From: a bacterium | GTDB taxonomy: Bacteria; Patescibacteriota; Minisyncoccia; Sungbacterales; SURF-37 | Reading direction: 5' to 3' | Assembly (NCBI GenBank): GCA_030648055.1 | Contig: JAUSHI010000002.1 | Location: forward strand, 178-64,177 | Length of the DNA stretch: 64,000 nucleotides | Shown here: positions 35,312 through 45,346 of the stretch, piece by piece | Position numbering within the stretch: the first letter of the stretch is position 1 | Layout: each line of letters starts with the position of its first letter | Notes under the pieces: generated by a model | Databases searched by the model: none | What the model was told of the DNA's origin: nothing | Seen by the model: only the letters and a program-made list of their open reading frames with translations | Made by a program: the position numbers and the translations under genes

Positions 35312-36670
35312 TTAAAACGCGCTTTCTTCAGAATTCTTCGCAAGGTCGTAAAAACTCACCGTGTTTTCATCAAATCCAAGCTCAATACTACCGGTCGGGC
35401 CGTTTCTATGTTTGGCGATAATAATTTCAGCAATGCCTTTCTTTTCCATGTTCTTTTTGGCAAGGTCGGGGCGATAAATAAACATAACCACATCGGCATC
35501 CTGTTCAATTGAGCCCGACTCTCTCAAGTCGGAAAGTTTTGGAACCGCGTCCTGGCGCATTTCTACCGCGCGCGAAAGCTGGGATATGGCAAGCACCGGC
35601 AGATTAAGCTCTTTGGCGAGGGCCTTCAGCGACCGCGATATTTCGGACACTTCCTGCACCCTGTTTTCGGAGCGGTCAGAGCCCTGTATCAGTTGAAGAT
35701 AGTCAACAATGACGAGGCCGAGCTTTTTTTCCTGCGCCTGCAGGCGGCGGGCCATTGCGCGAATTTGCATTACGGTCGGCGAGGCAACATCGTCCAAAAA
35801 GATCGGCGCTTTGGAAAGAGTGTTCATCGCTTTTTGAATTTCGCCCAAATCGTCATCGGAAAGATTTCCAGCTCTTAATTTCCACAAATCAACTCCGGCC
35901 TCGGAGGCGAGCAATCTGTCAATGAGCTGGTCTTTGGACATTTCAAGCGAAAACACGCCGACGGGGATATTATTTTTCGCGGCCCTTCGCGCGATATCAA
36001 GCGCGAGAGTTGTTTTGCCCAAGCTCGGCCGCGCGGCGAGCACCACAAGGTCGGACTTTTGAAGGCCGGACAATTTTTTATCAAGGTCAATGAAGCCCGT
36101 CTCAACTCCACGGTACTTATGTTTTCCCGATTGCATATCCTCAATTCTTAGCCAGGCGGCCTCCAGCACTTCTTTTACATGGAGAAAGGCTTGTTGCAGA
36201 GAATTTTGCGAGATGCCGAATATTTTTTGTTCAGCCTCGTCTAGTAGTTTTTCAATGTCTCCTTTTTCGTCGTAAGCGATTTCCGAAATGTGTGATGCCG
36301 CGGAAATAAGGTCGCGGTGGATGCGTTTTCTTTGCACGACTTTCGCCCAGTGGTTGACGCTGGATGACGTGGGCACGGTGTTTACAAGGGATGTGAGGTA
36401 AGTCATGCCTCCGACCGTTTCAAGTTCTTTTGTTTCTTTAAGGCGGCTCTTTACACTGACCACATCTATCGGTTCACTTTTTTCAGCGAGGTCAAGCATC
36501 GCCTTGTATATTAATTGATGGGTCGGCTTATAGAAATCAACCGGTTGGAGTAATCCAAGAATGCGGAAAATAGCTTCTTTATCAAGCATAAGCGCGCCGA
36601 GGACGGACATTTCGGCGTCTATATTTTGGGGCGGAATCCGCACCCCTATTTTTTCTAAATCTCGAGCCAT
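35312..36670 (-). CDS. dnaB: replicative DNA helicase DnaB
   Basis: PPQNIDAEMSVLGA, Walker A LAARPSLGKTTLAL, IVDYLQLI and SQLSRAVE. The start MARDLEK is at 36670. Confidence 0.92.
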   Translation of the reverse strand: MARDLEKIGVRIPPQNIDAEMSVLGALMLDKEAIFRILGLLQPVDFYKPTHQLIYKAMLDLAEKSEPIDVVSVKSRLKETKELETVGGMTYLTSLVNTVPTSSSVNHWAKVVQRKRIHRDLISAASHISEIAYDEKGDIEKLLDEAEQKIFGISQNSLQQAFLHVKEVLEAAWLRIEDMQSGKHKYRGVETGFIDLDKKLSGLQKSDLVVLAARPSLGKTTLALDIARRAAKNNIPVGVFSLEMSKDQLIDRLLASEAGVDLWKLRAGNLSDDDLGEIQKAMNTLSKAPIFLDDVASPTVMQIRAMARRLQAQEKKLGLVIVDYLQLIQGSDRSENRVQEVSEISRSLKALAKELNLPVLAISQLSRAVEMRQDAVPKLSDLRESGSIEQDADVVMFIYRPDLAKKNMEKKGIAEIIIAKHRNGPTGSIELGFDENTVSFYDLAKNSEESAF

Positions 36671-36885
36671 GAATATATTATACTCTACGTTAAGAGCGCG
36701 AATCAGCGCAAGGTTTATTGTCTGGGTATAAAGTGTGGGTGGCTTAATGTTCATATAACATCCAGTGGCTTGACTTATCATTGGCATATGCTATCCTAAT
36801 GCAAGTTCTTAAGGTACCGCACGGCTCGTCAATAAGGCGGGTTATGGATCGGTGCCACAATTAAATAAAAAGAAAGGAGTTGTTG

Positions 36886-37662
36886 ATGAATGGTTTCATG
36901 CAGTGGTTCAGGGAAAAGAAAAAGGAAACGCTCACCGCGCTTGCGTTGACGGTTTTCTTAGGCGTAACGGTGGGGCCGTTTCTTGCCGCACGTTTGTATG
37001 GTTTCGCAACCGATCTTCTCGGCACCGTAGTCGCGTTACTCGTGCTCGCCGGAATCATTGTTCTCACGCCAACCATACTTTATCGGATTTCTCTTTTGGC
37101 GTATCGCGACAAGCAGAGAGCTATTGAAAAAGATCCAACAGCGGCTCTCATGATTGATCTTAAGGGGTTTCGTGAAGATGTTGCTGAGGGCGAAAAGACA
37201 CTTAGCGCGTTTGACGGCGATATCGCCGCAATCGATGAAGTACTGCGGGTCAGGGCCAAACATTTGAGGCCTGAAGACGTTGCCTTTTTCAAAGAGCAAC
37301 AGAGGGTGTTGGTTGAGGACCGCGGAACTTTCGAGCGCGGGCTTACAGAGAATTGTCACGAGCTCGGGGAATTTGAAGCCGAAGTCGTGCGAGCCGGTGT
37401 CATGCAGGATATCGGCAATCGGATGCAGAAGGCGGCTGACCGTTTGGCGCCAACTCATAAGCGAGGTATGGAGAGCGATGAGACTCTTACTGCTCTTCGG
37501 GCTTTGGCCAGCAGGGTGGCATCCGCCCGTTCTCAGCTCAGAATAAGTCTTGAGCGGAGTACGCTTGCAGTGCTTCAGCTTCCGGCCGGAGGGAATGTTT
37601 CGGTTTTTGAACTTCCCAGTCAGAAGCCTCGGGTTCTGGTTCAGCGTAATCCAACACCGTAG
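36886..37662 (+). CDS. hypothetical 2-TM protein with helical C-terminal domain (G+C-rich island gene 1)
   Basis: The ATG is preceded by AAAGGAG. Two N-terminal TM helices, then a charged helical region of about 170 aa. Confidence 0.6.
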   Translation: MNGFMQWFREKKKETLTALALTVFLGVTVGPFLAARLYGFATDLLGTVVALLVLAGIIVLTPTILYRISLLAYRDKQRAIEKDPTAALMIDLKGFREDVAEGEKTLSAFDGDIAAIDEVLRVRAKHLRPEDVAFFKEQQRVLVEDRGTFERGLTENCHELGEFEAEVVRAGVMQDIGNRMQKAADRLAPTHKRGMESDETLTALRALASRVASARSQLRISLERSTLAVLQLPAGGNVSVFELPSQKPRVLVQRNPTP

Positions 37663-37677
37663 GAAGGAGGTGACACC

Positions 37678-37830
37678 ATGCGGCGAATCGTAGCCATTGG
37701 TATTCTCGTCTTTGTTGTTCTGGCCGGAATCGCGTTTCTTGTTCTTCGTGACGACGGTAGTTCGTCCAGTTCGCGTTCGGCGCCTTCGGCTCCTGCCGGT
37801 GGCGGGCTCAAGGACTTCCGCGTTCCGTAG
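37678..37830 (+). CDS. small single-TM protein (50 aa), not in the ORF track
   Basis: The ATG is preceded by GGAAGGAGG (7-nt spacing). MRRIVAIGILVFVVLAGIAFLVL.. The third-position G+C bias is consistent with its neighbours. Confidence 0.45.
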   Translation: MRRIVAIGILVFVVLAGIAFLVLRDDGSSSSSRSAPSAPAGGGLKDFRVP

Positions 37831-37892
37831 TTCCAAACGCGGCGCTCGGAAACGGTCTTGCAGTTAACCTCTAACAAGAAAGGGAGGAACTC

Positions 37893-38864
37893 ATGAAGCT
37901 GACGAAGATCATGTTTGTGGCGGTTCTCGCCGTGGCGATCATCTCCATCGGTTTCGCCGACGCTCAAGTTCTGACGAAGCTTCGCATGGCTTCGGGCGGA
38001 GAGGGCGGGACCTATTACGTGATGGCCAATAACATGGCCACCTACTGCGGTGAAGGTCTCGCTCTTGATGTGCAGGCAACGGGAGGTTCGGACGACAACG
38101 TCGAGCGTCTGATCAACAACAAGGCCGATGTGGCGATCGTGCAGAAGGACATTCTCTTCAAGCGGGCCAAGTTCAACAACGACGCGGCCGTGAAGAACTT
38201 TCTCGCGGTCATGCCGCTTCACTACGAGGCGATGCACGTCGTGGTGCTCGAGAAATCGGGCATCGTGAAGTTCAGCGACCTCGGCGCGATGAAAGGCCGT
38301 TTTTACGGCGGTAGTCCCGGCAAGAAAGTCGGCGCTTACGGTGGTTCCATCGAATCGGCCGAGATAGTCAAGGCGATGAGTGATGTCGCCTATGAAATCG
38401 TGGTCGTTGAAAACCAGAAAGCGGCAGTGGCTGCTCTAAATAGTGGGCAGATTGACGCAATTTTGGCGATGGGTGGCACTCCACTAAAGTGGGTCGGTGA
38501 AGAGCTGAAGCGCGGTCAGCACCGGCTTGTCCAGTTCGACGTGCCGATTGACAAGGTCGCGGGCGCCTACAGGAAGGCGAACGTCACGTACACCAGGCTC
38601 GGCGCTAACGCCGTGCCAACGATTTCGACGGACGCCGTGCTCATCACCCGCAACTTCACCACTGCGGAGAAGGTCCGGGCGGTATCGCTTCTTCGCAAGT
38701 GCGTCTGGAGCGAGCTCACCCGGATGCAGGAAGCTGACGATACCCATGGCCAGTGGCAGAATGTCCAGAAGGACACGCAGGTTGAGGGGTGGTCGTGGTT
38801 TGCAGGAATGCAGGTTCAGTGGCCGTCCGGTGGCGGAAGCGCGCCGGTTCCGAAGAGGAAGTAA
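37893..38864 (+). CDS. TAXI-family TRAP-type solute-binding protein (orphan, no permease nearby)
   Basis: Signal peptide. ASGGEGGTYYVMANNMA...ATGGSDDNVERLINNKADVAIVQKD..MPLHYEAMHVVV fits the TAXI (TIGR02122-like) signature. A strong SD AAAGGGAGG precedes the ATG. Confidence 0.75.
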   Translation: MKLTKIMFVAVLAVAIISIGFADAQVLTKLRMASGGEGGTYYVMANNMATYCGEGLALDVQATGGSDDNVERLINNKADVAIVQKDILFKRAKFNNDAAVKNFLAVMPLHYEAMHVVVLEKSGIVKFSDLGAMKGRFYGGSPGKKVGAYGGSIESAEIVKAMSDVAYEIVVVENQKAAVAALNSGQIDAILAMGGTPLKWVGEELKRGQHRLVQFDVPIDKVAGAYRKANVTYTRLGANAVPTISTDAVLITRNFTTAEKVRAVSLLRKCVWSELTRMQEADDTHGQWQNVQKDTQVEGWSWFAGMQVQWPSGGGSAPVPKRK

Positions 38865-38884
38865 TAATTCGCCGTAAACACGGC

Positions 38885-38920
38885 AAAAGCGCGTGGGGAA
38901 ACCATCCCACGCGCGTTTTT
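38885..38920 (+). terminator. intrinsic terminator closing the island
   Basis: AAAAGCGCGTGGG-GAAACCAT-CCCACGCGCGTTTTT. Confidence 0.7.
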
Positions 38921-38955
38921 ATTTCTCTATTTTTTTAGAAATTTACGGAATATAT

Positions 38956-40359
38956 TTAATTTTTATTTATTTTTGGTCCTTGCGGCGCATCTTCAATTAA
39001 AAACCCCATTTTTTTTATTTTTTCACGGATTTTGTCGGCCTCTTTCCATTTTTTTTCTTTGCGTAGCTCTTCGCGTTCGCTAACGAGATTTTGAACAGCT
39101 TCAGGAATAGTAGCTCTTGGAGATGGCCTGTTGAATTTTAGGCCGAGCACTTTATCAAAATCAAAAACAGTCTGCCGGATAAGGAGCGCTCCGCGACCGG
39201 TTAAAAGATTTTTATCAAACAAAGCATTGCCGTAGCGCAAAAGTTCGTTTAATACGGCAAGCGCTTTGGGTGTGTTAAGGTCGTCGGATACGGCCGATGA
39301 GAAATCTCTTTGAGAGGTAATGATTACCTTAAGCGTTTCGTTCTCGTCCTTGAGTGATCCTTTATAAGGGCCGCGGTCTATTCGTTCAAGCGAATTTAAA
39401 ATGCCAAGGCGGGCATGCTTTGAAGCCTCAAGCGAGGTCCATGTAAAATTAAGTTGTGTTCGGTAATGCGCGCCGAGGATTAAGTAGCGGAAATCAATCG
39501 GGTCGTAATTTTTGGCCTCAAGGGCGCGAAGCGTAAATACGTTGCCTAGCGACTTGGACATTTTTCTGCCATCTACTAGCAAGTGCTCACCTTCAATAAA
39601 ATATTTAGCAAATGGTTTTCCGGTAGCGCCTTCAGATTGGGCGATTTCGTTTTCGTGGTGGGGGAATAGCAAATCAACTCCGCCGGCGTGTATGTCAAAA
39701 GTGTTTCCAAGGTATTTCATTGACATGGACGAGCATTCAATATGCCAGCCCGGACGCCCGGCCCCGTATGGCGCTGACCATGACGGTTCTCCCGCCTTTT
39801 TTATTTTCCACAAAGCAAAATCTCGCGCCTCGTTTTTGGTATATTCATCAGCGGCAACCCTTGTTCCGGTTTTAAGCCCGCTTTTTTTAAGCCGCGAAAG
39901 TTTTCCGTAAGGCCGGAACTTAGAAATATCAAAATAAACCCCACCCTCGGTTTTATAGGCCAGCTTCTTTTTGAGGAGTAAATTAATCAGTTTTATCATG
40001 TCGGGAATATGAGCGGTGGCTTTGGGATATTTAGTTGCTGGAATCAGATTGAGCCTTTTTGTGTCTTTTAAAAATTCGCGGGCATAGAAACTTGTGAACT
40101 CTTTCAGTGTTTTTCCGGCCTTAATTGAGCCGCGGATGGTTTTATCGTCAACATCCGTCAGGTTCATGATGTGCGTAACTTTATAGCCGGAGCGTTCAAG
40201 GACTCTCCGCAATATGTCTTCAAAAATAAAAGTGCGCAGATTACCTATGTGGGCGTAGTTGTAGACCGTCGGACCGCAGGTATAAAGACCAACTCGCGCC
40301 TTGCGGATGGGCTGAAAAATTTCTTTTTTGCGGGTAAGGTAATTGTAGAGTTTTAGCAT
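38956..40359 (-). CDS. cysS: cysteine--tRNA ligase
   Basis: YTCGPTVYNYAHIGN (HIGH), KMSKSLGN (KMSKS), WHIECS. Confidence 0.96.
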   Translation of the reverse strand: MLKLYNYLTRKKEIFQPIRKARVGLYTCGPTVYNYAHIGNLRTFIFEDILRRVLERSGYKVTHIMNLTDVDDKTIRGSIKAGKTLKEFTSFYAREFLKDTKRLNLIPATKYPKATAHIPDMIKLINLLLKKKLAYKTEGGVYFDISKFRPYGKLSRLKKSGLKTGTRVAADEYTKNEARDFALWKIKKAGEPSWSAPYGAGRPGWHIECSSMSMKYLGNTFDIHAGGVDLLFPHHENEIAQSEGATGKPFAKYFIEGEHLLVDGRKMSKSLGNVFTLRALEAKNYDPIDFRYLILGAHYRTQLNFTWTSLEASKHARLGILNSLERIDRGPYKGSLKDENETLKVIITSQRDFSSAVSDDLNTPKALAVLNELLRYGNALFDKNLLTGRGALLIRQTVFDFDKVLGLKFNRPSPRATIPEAVQNLVSEREELRKEKKWKEADKIREKIKKMGFLIEDAPQGPKINKN

Positions 40360-40467
40360 GGATCACTGAACATGAAGCATAAAGCAATGAAGCATCAACA
40401 GGTGTCTTTATTTCCTCCTCCATGTCAAGCTCCATGTTTTATGTTACATGTTTCAGGCTTTAAGATG

Positions 40468-41379
40468 TTATATCCATTTTTTCTTTTTGAAAATGCCGAG
40501 AATTGTAAGCGCGGTTGTCGCGAGGATGCCGAGTATAATCCAGAAATCAGCAGGATGACCGGCAAGGGGATTTGAGACGGTGTTTGAGACAAGCAGTGTT
40601 GCTAAGACCGCCAGCGGGAATGTCATGAAAGCCATGACGGTAAGGGTTTTCATGACGTCGCTTTGTTTGATGTTCAAAAGCGTGGTGTTGGTCTCATAGA
40701 GAGCGTCAAGCGTTTCTTTGTGGTTTTCAAGAAGCCCCCAGAGTTTTTGGTATACGCCAGCCAAGTCTTCCAAAAAAGGAAGCACGTCGCTTGAGAAGAG
40801 TGATTGGGCCTGCGCGGCAAGCGATGTTAGAGTTATTTCCTGCGGTTTTAGAGAGCGGCGAAAATCAATAATGTCCCTGCCGACAACGGAAATCTCCTTG
40901 ACCACTTCACGCTCTTTTCCTGAAAATATTTCTTCTTCAATTATGGAAATTCGTTCTTGAATGTGGTCAAGCTCTCTCATGGAAAATTCGTAGAAGTTGC
41001 TGATCAGATAGTACAAAAGATGCATGGTGTTTTTTGAGGCGTAAAGTTCTTTGCACGATTTGTCTATAGCGCATTTTTTGAAAAAATCTTCCAGCGGCGG
41101 AATTGGTTCAAAAGAGACGGTTATCAGTTCCTTTTTTGTAAGTATAAAATCAATCTCGCGTGGGTAAGTTTTACGTTCCGTTTCGTCAAAAATCGGGAAG
41201 TGGAGTACGAGATAAAGATATCCGTCGTATTTTTGGACTTTCGGGCGGATGGTCGGCTTCATTAGCTCGGCAAGGACAAGTTCGTGGAAATTAAAATGCT
41301 CTCTCAACCAGTTGATGTTTTCTTTGGTGGGGCGGTAGATGTTGTGCCACACCACGGCTTTGCTTTTTATGGTTTCCAT
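40468..41379 (-). CDS. corA: CorA-family divalent cation transporter
   Basis: 303 aa with the CorA cytoplasmic domain layout and two C-terminal TM helices. The loop motif is MAFMTFP in place of the canonical YGMNF. Confidence 0.75.
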   Translation of the reverse strand: METIKSKAVVWHNIYRPTKENINWLREHFNFHELVLAELMKPTIRPKVQKYDGYLYLVLHFPIFDETERKTYPREIDFILTKKELITVSFEPIPPLEDFFKKCAIDKSCKELYASKNTMHLLYYLISNFYEFSMRELDHIQERISIIEEEIFSGKEREVVKEISVVGRDIIDFRRSLKPQEITLTSLAAQAQSLFSSDVLPFLEDLAGVYQKLWGLLENHKETLDALYETNTTLLNIKQSDVMKTLTVMAFMTFPLAVLATLLVSNTVSNPLAGHPADFWIILGILATTALTILGIFKKKKWI

Positions 41380-41530
41380 AATTCTTTAAATTTTGAGTTT
41401 AATGGACGGAAAAATAATTAAGAGGTCCATATTCAAATTTTACTATAAGGGCTATTATTCCGCAAAGAAAGTAGCGAGGCGGGCTTAAACGAAACTCCAT
41501 ATGCTGGTTTGAAGGTATCTTTAAGAGCTG

Positions 41531-41557
41531 TTAGCACTCTATTGACATGACTGCTAA
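41531..41557 (+). promoter_or_regulatory. CIRCE operator (HrcA binding site) overlapping the hrcA promoter
   Basis: TTAGCACTC-N9-GACTGCTAA versus the consensus TTAGCACTC-N9-GAGTGCTAA (1 mismatch). TTGACA (41542-47), N16, TACAAT (41564-69). Confidence 0.85.
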
Positions 41558-41590
41558 CCGGAGTACAATGGGGGAGGTATAAATTATTAC

Positions 41591-42298
41591 ATGGTTACTG
41601 AACGCCAAAAAGCCATATTAAACGCTATTGTTCGGGAGTATGTTTCCACAGCCGAGCCGGTTTCTTCAGGTGAGCTTGTAAAGAAGTATAGAATGCCTTA
41701 TAGCTCGGCAACGGTAAGAAACGAGCTTCTGTCTTTGGACAAAGAAGGCCTCACTCTTCAGCCGCATACTTCCGCAGGCCGTATTCCAACTGACAAGGGC
41801 TACAGGTTTTTTATCAGTGAAAACATTCCCGATAAAAAAGCGGATAAGAAAATTGAAAAATCGTTTCGCAATTTGCGTGAAATTGAGGACGATTTTGATT
41901 TTTTGCGCCAAGCCAGCCGTATGCTTGCGCATTTTTCAGGAGAGTTCAGTATGGCCGGTTTTTCCGGAAAGGGCATGCTTTATAAGTCAGGGATAGCTGA
42001 AGCGTTTAACGATCCTGAATTTGCCGATGGGGCCAGAATGCACGAATTCGGCGAGCTGGTGGATTTTCTTGACGAAGGATTTAAGAATTTTTTTGAACCG
42101 GAAGATATTAAGGAGCCGAGAGTATTCATAGGCGAAGAAAATCCAATTCGCGAGGCGAGGAATTATACGATGATCGTTTCAAGCGCGCCCACACCTTTCG
42201 GTGAAGACGGAATTTTCGGGATTCTCGGTCCGCGAAGAATGGATTACAATAAAAATCTTGCCCTTTTAAGAGCAATGCAAAAACTTTTTAACGATTAA
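41591..42298 (+). CDS. hrcA: heat-inducible repressor HrcA (short form, 235 aa)
   Basis: ERQKAILNAIVREYVSTAEPVSSGELVKKY..SSATVRNELLSLDKEGL..PHTSAGRIPTDKGYRFF. Confidence 0.85.
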   Translation: MVTERQKAILNAIVREYVSTAEPVSSGELVKKYRMPYSSATVRNELLSLDKEGLTLQPHTSAGRIPTDKGYRFFISENIPDKKADKKIEKSFRNLREIEDDFDFLRQASRMLAHFSGEFSMAGFSGKGMLYKSGIAEAFNDPEFADGARMHEFGELVDFLDEGFKNFFEPEDIKEPRVFIGEENPIREARNYTMIVSSAPTPFGEDGIFGILGPRRMDYNKNLALLRAMQKLFND

Positions 42299-42313
42299 TT
42301 TTTAATATATATA

Positions 42314-42847
42314 ATGAGTAAAGATAACGAAGAAAAAACAGAAATAGTTCCTGACGAGGAATTTGAAGCGGCAGACGCAATGGGTAAGGTAAAAAAACTG
42401 AAAGACGAATTGAAGAAGTGCGACGCCGAAAAGAAAGATTATCTTGACGGCTGGCAGAGGGCGAAAGCTGACCATATCAACTACCGGAAAGACGAGGGGA
42501 AGCGTTTTGAAGATATGGCGCGATTCGTAACCGCGGGATTTGCTGATGATATTCTGCCAGTGCTTGATAGTTTTGACTTAGCGCTTTCGCATGGGTTTTC
42601 ATCAGAGGCGCAAAAAGGTGTGTTAATGATACGGGCTCAATTTGGGGATGTGCTAAAGAGGCGAGGCGTCACCGAGATAAAGGTTGAAGCGGGAGAGGAA
42701 TTTAATCCCGCGCGCCATGAGAGTATCGGCGAGGTTGAATCGGAATATCCCGAGGGGCGAGTGGCCGAGGCAGTGCAGAAGGGATATTTTATCGGGGAAA
42801 GGGTTTTGCGTCCGGTAAGAGTGAGGATTGCGAAACATGGGGCATAG
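42314..42847 (+). CDS. grpE: nucleotide exchange factor GrpE
   Basis: YLDGWQRAKADHINYRKD...FNPARHESIG..GYFIGERVLRPVRV. Confidence 0.9.
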   Translation: MSKDNEEKTEIVPDEEFEAADAMGKVKKLKDELKKCDAEKKDYLDGWQRAKADHINYRKDEGKRFEDMARFVTAGFADDILPVLDSFDLALSHGFSSEAQKGVLMIRAQFGDVLKRRGVTEIKVEAGEEFNPARHESIGEVESEYPEGRVAEAVQKGYFIGERVLRPVRVRIAKHGA

Positions 42848-42899
42848 AGCATAAAACATGAATCATAAAGTATAAAAGATAATTTAAATAAAATATATT

Positions 42900-44840
42900 A
42901 TGTCTAAGATATTAGGAATAGATTTGGGGACAACAAATTCGGCGATGGCGATTATTGAAAGCGGGGAGCCGAAAATAATTGAAAATAATGAAGGCAATAG
43001 AACCACGCCTTCTATTGTCGCGACAACCAAAGTGGGAGAGCGTTTGGCGGGGCTTCTTGCCAAGCGTCAGGCGGTGACAAATCCCAAGGACACGCTTTTT
43101 TCCATAAAGCGGTTGATTGGCCGCAAATTTAATGATGCTGAAGTGAAGCGCGACAAGGCCTGGCTTCCCTATGAAATTCATGAATCCGCCAATGGCGGGG
43201 TTGAAATAAAAACAGGAGATAAGTGGTTTAGACCAGAAGAAATTTCCGCGATGGTTTTGCAAAAGTTAAAGCAGGACGCGGAAGAAAAAACCGGAGAAAA
43301 AATAACCGAGGCGGTAATCACTGTTCCGGCTTATTTTGACGACTCACAAAGGAAAGCGACGCAAGCCGCCGGAGAAATAGCAGGGCTGAAAGTCCGTAGA
43401 ATTTTGAACGAGCCCACAGCGGCCGCGCTTGCCTACGGTTTCAATAAGAAAAAAGATGAGCAGATCGTGGTATACGATTTCGGAGGCGGGACTTTTGATC
43501 TTTCTGTTCTTGAGGTTACCGCGGACACGATTGAAGTTAAGGCGGTGGGAGGCGATACGCATTTGGGTGGGGATGATTTTGACCAGCGGATTATCAAATA
43601 CATCGCCGATGAATTTAAAAAAGACCAGGGTATTGATCTCGCTAAAGATGTTTTAGCGCTTCAACGCCTTAAAGAAGCGGCCGAGAGGGCAAAGCACGAG
43701 CTTTCGTCAACGGTTGAGACGGAAATCAATATCCCTTTTATTACTTCGGATGCTTCGGGCCCAAGACATTTAGTAATGAAATTTACGCGGGCTAAATTGG
43801 AAGAACTTGTGGGCGACATGATAGAAAAATCGGTAAATATAACCAGACAAGTGGTGAAGGACTCGGGTTTTGCTCTAGCTGATATTGAAGAAGTAATTCT
43901 TGTCGGAGGGCAAACTAGAATGCCCGCAATTCAGGAAGCGGTTAAAAAACTTTTCGGCAAAGAGCCGAATAGAACCATTAACCCGGATGAAGTGGTTGCG
44001 ATGGGGGCCGCGGTGCAGGCCGGAATTTTGCAGGGTGACGTTAAAGATGTGTTGCTTCTTGACGTTACTCCTTTAAGTTTGGGCATAGAGACATTGGGGG
44101 GCGTTATGACGAGAGTTATTGAACACAATACGACAGTTCCTACAGCGAAATCGCAGATTTTTTCAACCGCGTCCGATAGCCAGCCACAGGTTGAAATTCA
44201 CGTATTGCAGGGAGAGCGCGAAATGGCAACAGATAACAAAACACTCGCCCGATTTATTTTGGATGGACTTCCTCCCTCTCCGCGAGGCGTGCCACAGATT
44301 GAGGTGACTTTTGATATTGATGTCAACGGAGTTCTTTCGGTGAAAGCCAAAGACAAAGCGACTAATCGCGAACAGTCGGTGCGTATTGAGGCCTCAGCCA
44401 GTCTTTCTAAAGAAGATATTGAGAAAATGAAAAAAGATGCCGAGTTGCATGCCGAAGAAGACAGAAAAAAGAAAGAAACGGTTGAGACCAAAAACATAGC
44501 TGACGCCATGGTTTATTCGGTTGAAAAAGCTCTTCGCGACGCGGGTGATAAAGTTCCGGCGGAAACCAAAAAAGATATTGAGGAAAAAATTGAAGCGCTT
44601 AAGAAAGTAAAAGACGGCGGCGATAATGAGGCCATAAAAAAGGCCGCCCAAGAGCTTTCGGTTGCTTCGCAAAAGATCGGTGAGCTATTATATAAGAAGT
44701 CCACCGAAGGCGGCACTAACTCTGGCGGAGAAGACACTAAAGATAAGAAAGACGAGAATGTGAAAGAGGCGGAATTTTCCGAAGAAGATGGATCCGCCTC
44801 TGGCGGAGAAGAAAAGAAAGACGACTCGGAATCCCAATAA
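42900..44840 (+). CDS. dnaK: chaperone DnaK (Hsp70)
   Basis: [28 protein letters not shown], over the full 646 aa. Confidence 0.98.
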   Translation: MSKILGIDLGTTNSAMAIIESGEPKIIENNEGNRTTPSIVATTKVGERLAGLLAKRQAVTNPKDTLFSIKRLIGRKFNDAEVKRDKAWLPYEIHESANGGVEIKTGDKWFRPEEISAMVLQKLKQDAEEKTGEKITEAVITVPAYFDDSQRKATQAAGEIAGLKVRRILNEPTAAALAYGFNKKKDEQIVVYDFGGGTFDLSVLEVTADTIEVKAVGGDTHLGGDDFDQRIIKYIADEFKKDQGIDLAKDVLALQRLKEAAERAKHELSSTVETEINIPFITSDASGPRHLVMKFTRAKLEELVGDMIEKSVNITRQVVKDSGFALADIEEVILVGGQTRMPAIQEAVKKLFGKEPNRTINPDEVVAMGAAVQAGILQGDVKDVLLLDVTPLSLGIETLGGVMTRVIEHNTTVPTAKSQIFSTASDSQPQVEIHVLQGEREMATDNKTLARFILDGLPPSPRGVPQIEVTFDIDVNGVLSVKAKDKATNREQSVRIEASASLSKEDIEKMKKDAELHAEEDRKKKETVETKNIADAMVYSVEKALRDAGDKVPAETKKDIEEKIEALKKVKDGGDNEAIKKAAQELSVASQKIGELLYKKSTEGGTNSGGEDTKDKKDENVKEAEFSEEDGSASGGEEKKDDSESQ

Positions 44841-45090
44841 AAATTTAATTCGGATTTGGACAAAATCGCCGCGCATGCTTCGCAAAATGTCGCTTAAAAA
44901 TTTAAACTCAACCGCGCCTATGGCGCGGGATTCAAACAATAAATTTTTCAGATTTTGCTCGCATGCTCTGGCTCATTGTTCACCAAATCCTCGAAATGAA
45001 TTTTTATTGGCATGCCTCGTTGGCGGGGAGATTGACGATTGGAAAAAAATAAAATAGCAGTTTTGTGTCATGCTATAGGACAGCAAGGAA

Positions 45091-45306
45091 TTAGATATCC
45101 TTGCGCTTCAACCAGATGAGCTCGGAATCCCACCCAATAGAAGCTGTGACCATGAGTTCCTCGAAAGGAACCTCAGGAAACTCTTTATTGGCGGCCATGA
45201 CTATCTCGGCGAGGGCTGGAAAGCCTCGACCATACTTGTTACTTTCCCAACGAAGTTTCTTTGGTGCCGGCAACGGGCGTGGATCCGGAGTCACTTCATA
45301 GGCCAT
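45091..45306 (-). CDS. small hypothetical protein (71 aa)
   Basis: The ATG is preceded by AAAAGGAGGATTAACC. It lies between dnaK and dnaJ on the opposite strand. Confidence 0.5.
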   Translation of the reverse strand: MAYEVTPDPRPLPAPKKLRWESNKYGRGFPALAEIVMAANKEFPEVPFEELMVTASIGWDSELIWLKRKDI

Positions 45307-45346
45307 GGTTAATCCTCCTTTTCTCGAGTTTGTGCTAAAAACAGTA

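Noticed and set aside
37036-38237. Long minus-strand ORFs 37036..37836 (266 aa) and 37641..38237 (198 aa)
   Set aside because: They run antisense to plus-strand genes that have strong RBSs and, for 37893..38864, a recognisable TAXI family signature. They are Arg/Ser/Pro-rich, low-complexity translations typical of off-frame ORFs in G+C-rich DNA.
40360-40467. Short CATG/ATGAAGCAT repeats between cysS and corA
   Set aside because: These are only two 9-nt copies plus scattered CATG. This is low-complexity sequence without clear dyad or phased structure.
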